A DNA stretch of 64,000 nucleotides, taken from Limnothrix sp. BL-A-16. GTDB lineage: Bacteria > Cyanobacteriota > Cyanobacteriia > CACIAM-69d. The stretch spans positions 3,840,001-3,904,000 of the forward strand of contig CP166615.1 of NCBI GenBank assembly GCA_041937175.2, in the 5' to 3' direction. The notes beneath the pieces are model-generated. The model was given only the letters and a program-made list of their open reading frames with translations, made no database searches and was not told the origin of the DNA. Positions 10,817-21,425 of the stretch are shown one piece after another (position 1 is the stretch's first letter; every line of letters begins with the position of its first letter). Made by a program: the position numbers and the translations under genes.

Positions 10817-11266
10817 GGGAAGCACGACCTCAGAATCACGCTTAAATCACTTAAATACCTTTGGGCCGAGGGCGATCGCGCTGGGCAACTGTCACAGTGT
10901 CTTGATGGGATGGGCGGTTTTATTGGGGTCGATCCAGGTGCATTGGCCAGGTGTATTGGGTTGACCAGTTGGTCAGCGGGTTGATGAACGGATTGATCGC
11001 GAATCGAGCACTCCAACCGTGATCGACTTCGAGATTTTTTGATTAATTTCGATCGACCCATTTCCCGATCGACCCATTTCCCGATCGGGCAACTTTCGCA
11101 GTTAATTAATGTACTATATTCAAAATAGGCTCTGATAGATTTTGGATCAATTATTCAAAACCCAATTGAGGCTGCCCGTTAGTTGTGAGCAAATTACAAA
11201 ATTTAAAACCTTTAATCATATAACAAATTGTGCTTAATCAGGTAAGGGGTGATCGCCTGACCCCCT

Positions 11267-11560
11267 TGTGGAAAACTGCCCGATCGGGGCAAAACCTGTG
11301 GAAAACCTGTGGAAAAGTACCCCTATTCTGTGGAAAACCTGTGGAAAAGTACCCCTCTTTCTGTGGAAAAAAAAAAGTGTCTGTGGAAAACTTGACTAGG
11401 TATAAATACCCTGTGGAAAAACACCCCCCCTTTTTCCACAGGGTTTTCCACAGGGTATGATCGCTGAAAGGCTCATGAAATAAGGATTTTTTTGAGTTTT
11501 CCACATTTCCACAGGGCCCTACTACTACTATCTATTTAAAAAATAAGAAAGAGAAGAAGA
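11267..11560. other. Probable chromosomal replication origin (oriC): DnaA-box cluster plus AT-rich tract
   Basis: TGTGGAAAA at 11267, 11297, 11308, 11329, 11340, 11362, 11382, 11412; TTTTCCACA at 11432, 11444, 11497; 1-mismatch box at 11505; then an AT-rich run (11521-11560); lies upstream of dnaN. Confidence 0.88.
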
Positions 11561-12036
11561 GATAGATAGTCCAGCTCAAAAATTTTCTTGGAAACGGCCA
11601 AAATTCTTCGGGGAGACGGTCTGTTTCTATCGAACTCAGGATCCAGTTTTTAGCCTAGTCGATCGAGCCGGAATCGCAACCGACCGGTGAGGCAGTGGCC
11701 GCTAGGGGCTGGAGACGACAGGATTCGAGTTGGGCTGAGTTTGAAACCCAGCGTTTGACGAATCCGAAAACGGCTAAAACCTAGACAGAATCAGGATCTG
11801 AGCGTTCAAAATTCGCTTCGCTTGGGGCCGAGTCGATCGGCAAGTTTGAGGGCGATCGAACCCTTTGAAAACGGCTAAAACCCAAGCCAGGCTTTGATTG
11901 TTGCGATCGCGCTTCGATTTTCCGCAGGGCGATCGGGCCGCAAAGTCACGGGTTGCTCTCGATGGCCAAAACGGCGATTTTGGGTTAAACTCAGGGCTGC
12001 TCATCGGGGCCAAATTTCCCCCGGCGGCGGTCGCCG

Positions 12037-12045
12037 TTTTCCACA
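12037..12045 (+). promoter_or_regulatory. Isolated DnaA box just upstream of dnaN
   Basis: TTTTCCACA ending 31 nt before the dnaN ATG. Confidence 0.55.
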
Positions 12046-12076
12046 GAACAGCCCCGAAACCCAAGCCCCAGAAGCC

Positions 12077-13225
12077 ATGAAGCTGCTTTGCGCCCAAAGC
12101 GACCTGAGTGCCAACCTGTCCCTAGTCAGCCGTGCGGTTCCGTCGCGGCCGACGCACCCGGTTTTGGGCAATGTGCTGCTGACCTGCGATGCGGGCACTC
12201 AGCGCGTGAGTTTGACCGCCTTTGACCTCAGCTTGGGCATCCAGACCAGCTTCCCGGCGGAAGTGGAAGATTCTGGGGAAATCACGTTGCCGGCCAAGCT
12301 TTTCGCGGACATTGTGGGCAAGCTGCCCACTGGCACGGTGTCGCTGGATGCCAACGAGGACTGCTCAGCGGCGATTTCCGCCCAGTCCAGCCGCTACCAG
12401 ATTCAGGGCATGAGCGCCGAAGAATTCACAACCCTGCCGGTGGTGGAAACGGGCGAAGCGGTTTACCTGCCGGTGGCAGCGCTGTTGGAGGGGATGCGCG
12501 GTTCCCTGTTCGCCGCCAGCAACGACGAAACGAAGCAGATTTTGACCGGGGTTCACCTGTCGGTGGAGACCGATTCCCTGGAGTTTGCGGCCACCGATGG
12601 CCACCGGTTGGCGGTGGTGCGGGCGGCGATGGTGGAGGACGAAGAGACGGAAACGGGTACGGTGGAACCCTTTGCGGTGACGGTTCCGGGCCGGACGCTG
12701 CGGGAGCTGGAGCGAATTTTGGCAGCGCAGCAGTCGAGCGAACCGGTGGCCCTGTACTGCGATCGGGGGCAGTTAGCTTTGCAGTGGGGGGATTATTACC
12801 TCACCAGCCGCACCCTGGAAGGGCAGTATCCGGCCTACAACCAGCTCATTCCTCGCCAGTTCGATCGCCAGGTGACCGTTGAGCGGAAGCTATTGCTGGG
12901 GGCGCTCGATCGAATTTCGGTGATTGCTGACCAAAAGAGCAACCACATCGTCAAGTTCTCGATCGACGCAACGAACCAAAGCCTTGGCATTTCAGCCGAT
13001 GCGCAAGATGCGGGCAGCGGTCGCGAGACGATCGAATCGGCCCAAATTTCCGGCGAGGACATCGACATCGCCTTCAACGTCAAGTACTTGATGGAATCGC
13101 TGAAAAACCTGACCACAACAGAGATTCAGCTTCAAATGAACACGCCCACCAGCCCGGTGGTGATTACGCCCTTGGGTGGCGCAAAGGCAACCCATTTGGT
13201 GATGCCGGTGCAGGTGCGGAGCTAG
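12077..13225 (+). CDS. dnaN: DNA polymerase III beta sliding clamp
   Basis: MKLLCAQSDL..LSLVSRAVPSRPTHPVLGN, AATDGHRLA, SRTLEGQYP, IAFNVKYL, LVMPVQ; 382 aa from ATG 12077. Confidence 0.97.
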   Translation: MKLLCAQSDLSANLSLVSRAVPSRPTHPVLGNVLLTCDAGTQRVSLTAFDLSLGIQTSFPAEVEDSGEITLPAKLFADIVGKLPTGTVSLDANEDCSAAISAQSSRYQIQGMSAEEFTTLPVVETGEAVYLPVAALLEGMRGSLFAASNDETKQILTGVHLSVETDSLEFAATDGHRLAVVRAAMVEDEETETGTVEPFAVTVPGRTLRELERILAAQQSSEPVALYCDRGQLALQWGDYYLTSRTLEGQYPAYNQLIPRQFDRQVTVERKLLLGALDRISVIADQKSNHIVKFSIDATNQSLGISADAQDAGSGRETIESAQISGEDIDIAFNVKYLMESLKNLTTTEIQLQMNTPTSPVVITPLGGAKATHLVMPVQVRS

Positions 13226-13374
13226 GTTCCGGTTGACCGCTGGCGCTAATCGCTTGGTGTTATTGGTGTTAATCGCTAGTTCAGTTGCCCTTGCTTTGAA
13301 GTTTCCTAGCCTGGGCCGAATTATTGAAGATCATGCCCGTTGCGGTTGCTAGCAGCCCTAGGAAGCCCAATGAA

Positions 13375-14493
13375 ATGCGACTGACAAGGAATAGCTCAAA
13401 TTTCCAAAATCAGCGGCTTTTGCGGCAGTTTTTGCCTCAGTTGGGCCAATGGCTGGGGATTGTGGGGGCGATCGCCTGCTGCTGGGCGGCTCCCGTTTGG
13501 GCAGAATCAGCCCCGATGTCAGCCCCGATGATGTCGCCGTTCGTGACTGACCCCAGCGTTTTGGCGAGTGCCCTGGCGAGTGCCCCGATCGCGATTCCCG
13601 CCACGCCTAACCCACAACTGGCACAAGACCTTGTAAACAATCCGGGGGATCCGGGGACTTTTGATCGGTTCTGGGCCGACCTGGCCGGATCGCAAGTGAT
13701 TTATCTGGGGGAAGTTCACGACCGATCCGCCGATGTGCCGATCAAATTGGAGGTTATCCACAGGACTTTTCAACAGGTGGAAAACTTTTCGCGCCAGGGT
13801 CAGCCCGGCCGGCTGGTCATTGCGCTGGAAATGTTCCAACAGCCGTTTCAGTCAGTCTTGGATGATTACTTGGCGGGGCGGATTGATGAAGCCACCCTGC
13901 GCGATCGCACGGAATTTGATCAACGCTGGGGATTTGATTGGGAAATTATTGCGCCGATTTTGCGGTGGGCACGCGATCGGGGTGTGGCCGTGGTGGCCTT
14001 GAATTTGCCTGTGGAAGTGACCCGCCAGATTGGTCGCCAGGGCTGGGATGCTCTCCCCGCCGAGGCTTGGCAATGGTTGCCCCCACCCCATGAATTGCAA
14101 TTGGGATCTGCGGGTTACCGGGCCTGGCTGCGAGAAATTTATGACGAAATCCATCAGCAGCACGGAGTCAGCGCCCAAAGTAGCGCCCAAAGTTCTGCGA
14201 GTGCCGATCGCACGGAACGCTTTAACCGATTTTTGGCCGCTCAGGCCGCTTGGGACGAAACCATGGCGGCGGGCATTGCCCGTTTGCTGCAACGGCCGGG
14301 CGATCGGGTGGTGACCATCTTGGGTCGTGGTCACATGGTCTATGGGTGGGGTGTGCCCGATCGCCTGGCCCGGCGCAAACCCGATGTGGTGCAGCGATCG
14401 ATCCTGTTGGGCCCCCTGGAAGCCCCCGAAATTTACCGCGATGGGCGATCGATCAGTCACTACTGGTGGCCCAGTGCTCGATCGACCCCGTGA
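13375..14493 (+). CDS. ChaN (DUF399) family exported haem/iron-uptake protein
   Basis: Signal-like N-terminus; VIYLGEVHD, ALEMFQQPFQ..LDDYLAG, AQAAWDETMA, GRGHMVYGWGVP; start uncertain (13324-13375). Confidence 0.8.
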   Translation: MRLTRNSSNFQNQRLLRQFLPQLGQWLGIVGAIACCWAAPVWAESAPMSAPMMSPFVTDPSVLASALASAPIAIPATPNPQLAQDLVNNPGDPGTFDRFWADLAGSQVIYLGEVHDRSADVPIKLEVIHRTFQQVENFSRQGQPGRLVIALEMFQQPFQSVLDDYLAGRIDEATLRDRTEFDQRWGFDWEIIAPILRWARDRGVAVVALNLPVEVTRQIGRQGWDALPAEAWQWLPPPHELQLGSAGYRAWLREIYDEIHQQHGVSAQSSAQSSASADRTERFNRFLAAQAAWDETMAAGIARLLQRPGDRVVTILGRGHMVYGWGVPDRLARRKPDVVQRSILLGPLEAPEIYRDGRSISHYWWPSARSTP

Positions 14494-14979
14494 AATTACT
14501 GATTAATCCAAGGGTTGATTAGTAATATTATGAGCTAGCGTTATGAGTAAACAAGACCAACTCGTAACGGCAACTCATTAGGAATGGCCAATTTAGTGCC
14601 GAATTTCCAATCTAGGGACTAATCCAAATCCTAATTTAAAGCCTCATTCAAGGCCTGACTCACTGATCCATTTGCGCTGGAGCTAGCTGATCAGTTGGTG
14701 ATTATTGGTGATCAATTCGCCCTTGCGGACTCGGTGTACCAGAGCCATTGTGCGGTTTCCTCGAATCGCTATCTCCAGCACAATTCATTGGTATTGGCTC
14801 ATTTGTATTGGCGCACCTTAACCGAGTCAATTCAGTTAAATTAACTTGCGCCAATGCCCATAAACTTGCAAAAATGTGCAGAATATGGGCAAAACTAGCT
14901 AGTTTCGATCTGGCTCCCCGCGATCGGGGATGAACCGGTGAGTCAGACTTAACAGCGTTGATCAGGGTTTGTCATCGTC

Positions 14980-16512
14980 TTGGGGAGAAGTGAGTTGAGT
15001 TCTGCGTCCGTTTCGGAGGCTCCGACGTTTCAGGAGCGAGTTGCGCATCTGACCGAACAGCTTGAGCAATTTGCTCAAAAAGACCTTGATCCAACGGTTC
15101 GTGATGAATTAGCACTCGATATTCTGTGCGATCGAGATACCTTGCAAGTCATCCTTAAGGACTTGGCAAAGCATCAGCAACTGGAAGCTGCCACCGTTTC
15201 AGAAATCGACGCGCTCGATCGTCGCCTGGCAACCCTGGACTCAAAATTTCTGGCCATTGCAGCTTTGCCCCGTTGGCGAGATACCTTCGATCCTGGCCCT
15301 AATGCCTGGTGGTGGTTTCCCGAAGCCGAAGGCTCCAAACCCAAAATTGCAACCCGACGACGGGAAATTTTCTGGCGGGGGGTGTCCGTGGTGTCCCTCT
15401 TGGCCACGGCCAGTGCCGCCAGCACCATCCTGCCGGTTTTCTCGATCGGGGGATTTGGCTTAGGAGAAGCCCTGGCCAGTGCAGGCCAGGTGACCGGGCT
15501 GGCCGTGTTGGGGCGTGGCGTTCTCACTCCCGAAGGAACCAAGGCCCTCAAACGGTTTTGCGCGAAGTTTTCAATTCCCGGTCAGTGGTATAGCGAGGCG
15601 ATCGCCGCCTTTTCCATCACCCTTGGCGCTTTGTCCATGTGGGCCGCCCAAGATGGTTTGCCCCGGTGGTTTAACTATGCCGCCAATCAGCACTATCAAC
15701 AGGGCGAGCTAGACGAAGCCCGTGTGAATTATCAAAAAACGCTGTCCCTGATGCCCAACAATGATGAGGCTTCATTGGGATTGGGATTGGTCTATGAATC
15801 CCTGGGGCAACTCAAAGAAGCGGGCGATTCCTATCGGCAAGTGGCTGACCAAGGCGACCCGATCGCCCTCAGTCGATTGGCACGGGTGCAATTTTCCTTG
15901 CTATTGAAAACCAATCGCCCCGACAAGCTATTACAAAATCAACAGACTTCCGAAGTGGAAGCTCTCTTGAAACTAGCCTTACACCGCGTTGAAAAGCGAA
16001 ATTTGTCAACCTCAGAGGCTGCTAACCAGCGCTATCAAATTTACCGAAATTTAGGATGGTTGCGTTGGTGGCAACGGGACTACATTGGTGCAGAAGCGAT
16101 TCTCAAACGCGCCATTAAAGAGGATGAATCTTTTCCCGAACAACAGCTCGGAACGGGGCTGTCCCATTGCCTATTGGCACAAATGTATCGCGAAGAGAAA
16201 CGGGATTCAGAAGCCGAGCAAGAATACGCCATTTGTCTTCAAAAATCTCGCCCAGAGACCCTTTCAGAATATGAGTGGTTCTTCCAGGTTGGCCAGGGCC
16301 GAGTGGCTACCTGCATTGACACAAGCGCGGTGATGCGTGGCACCACTCGAGAAACTATTCAAAAACTCCCCCTTTGCATGGATGATGCTGCGGAACGGAA
16401 CAAGTTGAGAACACCGAATCCAGGCCAATCTACGCCTTCTGCTGTGCCGTCTGTTGTACCTGCTGCTGCGCCGAGTCCTGCTGTGAAGACGACGGGATCT
16501 CCCAGCCCCTAA
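14980..16512 (+). CDS. Membrane protein with tetratricopeptide repeats
   Basis: Helical N-domain ending in a 'P..WWW' motif, ~3 TM segments, TPR-like repeats (ANQHYQQGELDEARVNYQKTL..., YRNLGW); start uncertain. Confidence 0.75.
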   Translation: MGRSELSSASVSEAPTFQERVAHLTEQLEQFAQKDLDPTVRDELALDILCDRDTLQVILKDLAKHQQLEAATVSEIDALDRRLATLDSKFLAIAALPRWRDTFDPGPNAWWWFPEAEGSKPKIATRRREIFWRGVSVVSLLATASAASTILPVFSIGGFGLGEALASAGQVTGLAVLGRGVLTPEGTKALKRFCAKFSIPGQWYSEAIAAFSITLGALSMWAAQDGLPRWFNYAANQHYQQGELDEARVNYQKTLSLMPNNDEASLGLGLVYESLGQLKEAGDSYRQVADQGDPIALSRLARVQFSLLLKTNRPDKLLQNQQTSEVEALLKLALHRVEKRNLSTSEAANQRYQIYRNLGWLRWWQRDYIGAEAILKRAIKEDESFPEQQLGTGLSHCLLAQMYREEKRDSEAEQEYAICLQKSRPETLSEYEWFFQVGQGRVATCIDTSAVMRGTTRETIQKLPLCMDDAAERNKLRTPNPGQSTPSAVPSVVPAAAPSPAVKTTGSPSP

Positions 16513-19500
16513 CCCAGGGAAGAAATTGAAGAGGAGGAAGGATCCCGATCGCCCGTTGCGCCACTCGATCGACTATCCAAAACCGATTGGGTCAGTTGCA
16601 CAATTTCCGGAAATGCGAAGTTTTCCGTTAAGTGGGTCAGGGTTTGGCAGAGATCGTAATAGGGGCTAGGAATCTGTTGCAAGAGTTGAGTAATGGTTTG
16701 ATCAGAACAGGTGAGGGCCGCATGGTGTAAAGCGGCAATCCAAGCCTGGGGCATCACCGATAAATCCACGGTGGGTGACGGGTCGATCGCGCCTAGGGAG
16801 CTGACGGAGCGATCGGACACATCAGTTCTGAGTTCTGCATAACGGTACTTTAAAGGCAAATATTTCGCCATCATCTGAAAGGGTTGATCGAGGGCAAAAG
16901 GCTTGCTCATATAGTCATTACAACCGGCCGCGATCGCCAGCGAAGGATCATCGGCAGATCCCTGGGCTGTAATGGCAATGATCGTGGTTAAGGAAAAGGG
17001 TGCTTGATGCTTACTTTCCCAACGCCGTTGCTCCAGAGTGCGAATTTTTCGTGTTGTGGCATAGCCATCTAATCCTGGCATTCGCAAATCCATCCAAATC
17101 AGATGGGGCTGCCAAGCTTGCCATTGGGCGATCGCCTCCAAGCCGTTTTTGGCTTCGCGAATCTGTAACCCCAAACAGGACAGCAGCCGCACCAAAAGCT
17201 GGCGATTTTCCGTTTGATCATCCACTACCAAAATTCGATAGTCCGTGCGATCGCTTGCTAATCCCACAATTTGGGGAATCGGCGTATTGGTTTGCGACAT
17301 CGCCTGATGAGTCACCAAAACGGGGATATAAAAACGGAAAAGGCTGCCTTGACCCAGTTGGCTTTCAGCGGTAATTTCTCCGCCCATTAGCTCCACCAGT
17401 TGCCGACTAATGGCTAAACCCAAGCCAGTTCCGCCATGGGCATCTTGGTGATCCGTTGCCTGCACAAAATCATCAAAAATGGTTTCCAAATGTTCAGGAG
17501 CAATGCCAATTCCACTATCTTGAACCTCAAACAGTAAGGTGGTTTGGGTGGGTGTGGAGGGCGATCGCTCCGTTGGTGAGCCATTCGCTGAAACCGAATG
17601 AGAAATGGTCATTGTCCCGGAGGAAACTGCCTCAAAATCGGGAATATTTGGGGGGGAAATTTCCGCAATAGGGGGGAACTGGGTTGAGCTACTGTCGTGG
17701 GAACGTAGCCGCACTCGAATAAAGCCCGTTTGTGTAAACTTCAGGGCGTTGCTAATCAAATTAATCAAAACTTGCTCTAGCTTTCGGCCATCAACCAGGG
17801 CATGGGTGGGCAATAATGCGGCCAGTTGTAAATCTAGCTGTAGGCCCTTGTGTTGGGCTTGCAACAAAAATAGATCGGCCACACTTTGCATCAATTCCCG
17901 CAGGTTAATGACCTGAGGTGCAAGGGTTAATTTACCGGCTTCAATTTTAGAAAGATCTAAGATTTCGTTGATGAGTTTTAAAAGATGCTCACCACTGCGA
18001 TAAATTCGCTGCAAGTCGTCACGCTGGGTGGGTGACAGAACCGCTTCTCGCTGCAAGATATTGGTAAATCCCAGAATGATATTGAGAGGGGTTCGGAGTT
18101 CATGGCTCATTTTGGCCAGGAAGGTACTTTTCGCGCGGTTAGCCACTTCTGCGGCTTCTTTGGCTTGATGTAACTCCCGTTCCACCTGTTTTCGATCGCT
18201 GATGTCACTGAGGATACCAATCAGGCAATCTTGACCTTCCAAATAACTGATGGTGGCTGAGAGAAGAACCGTTTTAATTTCGCCAGATTTGGTGCGAAAT
18301 TCTGTTTCAAATTCACGAATCCAACCTTGTTCCTTGAGAACTTTCCGAAATTCTGTTAAATCATTGGGATCTTTCCAGAGCTGCATCTCAGTACAGCTTT
18401 TGCCTACTATTTCTATGTGAGAATAACCTAAAATGCGTGTGAAATTATCATTAATATTAAGGCAATAACCATCATTGATTTGGGCAATCCAGGCGGCTTC
18501 TGGGCCGGCTTGAAAGATAGTGGCGAATTTTAATTCCGATTGACGCAGGGCCAGTTCCATCCGTTTTTGATCGGTGATGTTGGTGATGGTGCCCACCAGT
18601 TTTACCACTTGACCCTGTTGATCAAAAATCGGTTCGCCTCGGCTAATGAGATAGATCGTTGACCCGTCGCGGCGTTGGATGCCATGTTCGATCGTGTAGG
18701 GAATACCTTGTTCGATCGCCTCAGTAACAGTGGCCACAAATCGCGGGCGATCGGCCTCGGGGAGCAAATCAAAAAGGTCAGGGTGGCCCGGTTCCTGGGC
18801 ATCGGGTTCCAATCCCAAAATGCGAAATTGTTCCGCTGACCAAGTGCTTGTGCCCGTCGCCACATCAAATTCCCAACTGCCCACCTGGGCAATCCGTTGG
18901 GCTTCCGTGAGGGCAGCCGTTTTCTGCGCCACCTGTTGCTCCAGGTCACGGGCATAGGTGTGGCGGAGTTGGTCGGCTGCTTGTAAGGCTCCCACCATTT
19001 GCTGAAAGGCTTGGGTTAAGCGATTCACTTCCGCCACCCGCGTTTTGGGCAGGGGGTTGGCATGTTGGCCGGCGGCGATCGCCCGGGTTGCCTCTGTCAA
19101 ATTGCGCAGCGATCGGCTCAAGCGTTTGGCGGTCCAAGTGCCCGTTCCCAAGGATCCTGCCAAGGCCAACAAACAAAACCAAACATTTTGGCGATGATTA
19201 GCCTCAATCTCACCAATGAAATCGGCTTCCGGAACCGCCGTGACCACGAGCCAATTCAATCCATAGGCATCTTGGTAGGGGGTGACCTTCGTAAACAACG
19301 TGCCATTTTGAAAGGCTAATCGCCACCGTTGTTCCGTTTGAATGGTTTGCCAGTGGGGATCTTTTTGTTGAAGCTGCTGGGCAATGGCCCTGGTTTCTGA
19401 ATTACGACTTTGGGCCAGCGATAATCTGGTGGGATAGGGTTGGTTGGGTTGTTGAATGTAGGGCAATTCCAGGGTGGAAGTGGCTACTAAATTGCCCGAT

Positions 19501-20366
19501 CGATCCACAATAAAAGCCTGCCCTCGGGGCGAAATTTGTAACTGATTGAGGAAGGTATTCAACCCCGACAGTAAAACCGTGCGGCTTAAAACGCCTCGAA
19601 AATTGCGATTGCCATCATAAATGGGCAACAATGCATCAATGCCCAACATTGGAATCACGCGATGGGTATAAACCGGTGACCAAGTGGGCTGGCGACTACT
19701 TTGGGCCCGTTGAAACCAGGCCGTTTGCCGCACATCATCGGTGATTTGATAGGCGGCTTCCAAGGGTTGCCCTTGGTCATTCACCCGCGAGTAGAGGCGC
19801 TGGCTGGGAAGGTTGGGGCTGGCCTCCGCCAGGAACTGGGTGCCCACGGGATAGGATTTGCCCGTTAATTGCTCAATTTGTTGGCGCAATTCCAGGTTGA
19901 CCGATCGCACATAGCCCACGAGCAAGCCCCGATCGTTGGCAAACATGGCCGCCACCAGACCGGGATCCGTGGCCATCTGTTGCCATAGATAATCGCGCCA
20001 AGGGGTGGGGTTATCTAACGGCAGCTTGCCCCCTTGGATCGCTCGGCCATTGGCGGCCAAAGTGTGTTGTTGCTTGCTGAGCAGACTATCCACATGATCA
20101 CGCACCCGGTGATCCACAGCATCCAGCAGGCGATTGGCCAAATTTTCCACGGAGGTTTGACCGCTGCGGTAGGACCAATAGCCCACCAAGCCCACCGCCC
20201 CCACCACCTGCACCACAAAAGGAACCGTCAACACCCAAAACAGGCTGATGGCCGCAGATCGATCGGGCTGATTTTGGCCATGCCGCCGCCGCGAAATCCG
20301 TTGCCAAAGGCCTTGGATTCGACGAGGGAGCCGCATTTTTCGCCAGCGTTGCTGTTGAAGATTCAT
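16509..20366 (-). CDS. Hybrid sensor histidine kinase/response regulator (Cache-HAMP-PAS-PAS-HisKA-HATPase-REC)
   Basis: Two TMs around a Cache-like domain; FLAKMSHELRTPL; NALKFT; DSGIGI; GGTGLGLAIS; receiver ILVVDD...WMDLRMPGLDG. Confidence 0.93.
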   Translation of the reverse strand: MNLQQQRWRKMRLPRRIQGLWQRISRRRHGQNQPDRSAAISLFWVLTVPFVVQVVGAVGLVGYWSYRSGQTSVENLANRLLDAVDHRVRDHVDSLLSKQQHTLAANGRAIQGGKLPLDNPTPWRDYLWQQMATDPGLVAAMFANDRGLLVGYVRSVNLELRQQIEQLTGKSYPVGTQFLAEASPNLPSQRLYSRVNDQGQPLEAAYQITDDVRQTAWFQRAQSSRQPTWSPVYTHRVIPMLGIDALLPIYDGNRNFRGVLSRTVLLSGLNTFLNQLQISPRGQAFIVDRSGNLVATSTLELPYIQQPNQPYPTRLSLAQSRNSETRAIAQQLQQKDPHWQTIQTEQRWRLAFQNGTLFTKVTPYQDAYGLNWLVVTAVPEADFIGEIEANHRQNVWFCLLALAGSLGTGTWTAKRLSRSLRNLTEATRAIAAGQHANPLPKTRVAEVNRLTQAFQQMVGALQAADQLRHTYARDLEQQVAQKTAALTEAQRIAQVGSWEFDVATGTSTWSAEQFRILGLEPDAQEPGHPDLFDLLPEADRPRFVATVTEAIEQGIPYTIEHGIQRRDGSTIYLISRGEPIFDQQGQVVKLVGTITNITDQKRMELALRQSELKFATIFQAGPEAAWIAQINDGYCLNINDNFTRILGYSHIEIVGKSCTEMQLWKDPNDLTEFRKVLKEQGWIREFETEFRTKSGEIKTVLLSATISYLEGQDCLIGILSDISDRKQVERELHQAKEAAEVANRAKSTFLAKMSHELRTPLNIILGFTNILQREAVLSPTQRDDLQRIYRSGEHLLKLINEILDLSKIEAGKLTLAPQVINLRELMQSVADLFLLQAQHKGLQLDLQLAALLPTHALVDGRKLEQVLINLISNALKFTQTGFIRVRLRSHDSSSTQFPPIAEISPPNIPDFEAVSSGTMTISHSVSANGSPTERSPSTPTQTTLLFEVQDSGIGIAPEHLETIFDDFVQATDHQDAHGGTGLGLAISRQLVELMGGEITAESQLGQGSLFRFYIPVLVTHQAMSQTNTPIPQIVGLASDRTDYRILVVDDQTENRQLLVRLLSCLGLQIREAKNGLEAIAQWQAWQPHLIWMDLRMPGLDGYATTRKIRTLEQRRWESKHQAPFSLTTIIAITAQGSADDPSLAIAAGCNDYMSKPFALDQPFQMMAKYLPLKYRYAELRTDVSDRSVSSLGAIDPSPTVDLSVMPQAWIAALHHAALTCSDQTITQLLQQIPSPYYDLCQTLTHLTENFAFPEIVQLTQSVLDSRSSGATGDRDPSSSSISSLG

Positions 20367-21425
20367 AGGCTCATGCGGGACTGACGGGGCAATTCAGGCG
20401 CGTTCAGGGGCCCTTGTCCTAGCGGTTTGGGAAATGATTGGGAGACTGGAGGCAGCGGTTTGGGTCGGGAATGGTCGGTTTGATTTGGGGCATGGGCGGG
20501 TAGTGGCATCCCAATCGCTCAACGGTGGATGACCTGACTGCAATGGGGCGATCGACCGGTTTGCAATCCTCAACTGCGATCACAATCGGGGCACGATCGA
20601 CTTCCGATCGCACCGTTGCCTAATCAATCGCTTACAACTGGTATTAACACTATCAGCGACTGATGATCTGTAACGCTATCTACCTACTAATCGAGTAGAT
20701 CTACTGAAGCGTTAGAAATATCACAGCGTTCTTTGCTCGATCGCCTGAACTCATATTGATAATTCTATTGATATCAACTTATGGAACTGAGATTTTATAA
20801 GTTTTGTAAGTGTGCTGAGCTGGCAAGAAATTGCCTTTGATGGCTCAGATTAGTTGAAAGTCTGATTCACCTAGTCAGCCGCTGAAAAATTGCCTTAACT
20901 AACCATACTAACCCATGGGAAAGAATTTTGACTTGTTGGAAATTACGGCGAGTTAGTCCACCAGAGATCACAAGAGTCCCAGGATGATAACAACGTGAGT
21001 CCTTTGATTTTGAAAAGGGTAAATTGTGCAAGATTTAATCCCGGCTTAAGGATACTTAAAATTCAAGCAGAAACCCAATTCGGAATCAGCTATTCTGAAC
21101 TAGGCCTTAACCTATGATTCGGGTTTTTGTTTCTGCAAAAGTTGGAACAGTCAGTGTTAGAAAAATAACCCAATTGTCTTGAACGGGGCGGCAAATTAGA
21201 TGGCCCTCATCCATGAACCCAAAACACTCCTGATTTCCCCAAGGGTGATTGCTAAAGTTTTGTTCTGGAACTGACGCTTGGCAACCTGGGTCATCGAGGC
21301 GGCTGGTTGGGATGCAAGGGCCTTGGGGAAAAGCTCAATGGCCGGGAGCCAAAATTTTGGATCAGGAATTGGCGAAGATCATCGGCTAGGATCGACGCAA
21401 CTTTCAGGCCGTTTGGATAACTCCC

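Noticed and set aside
11050..11087. Short tandem duplications (CGATCGACCCATTTCC x2 here; GTGTGGCCGCATCA x2 near 58400; AAAACGGCTAAAACC at 11768 and 11868)
   Set aside because: Only two copies each, with no spacer structure; most likely slippage products.
11267..11513. CRISPR array or coding ORFs (11230-11460, 11238-11504) in the TGTGGAAAA repeats
   Set aside because: The repeat is a 9-mer with irregular short gaps matching the cyanobacterial DnaA box; no cas genes; the ORFs are translation artefacts of the repeats.
11894..12076. 61-aa N-terminal extension of DnaN in the ORF track
   Set aside because: Homology to beta clamps begins at MKLLC (ATG 12077); the extension is not protein-like and contains a DnaA box.
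13754..13762. E. coli-type DnaA box TTATCCACA inside the chaN-like gene
   Set aside because: Single, intragenic and compatible with chance.
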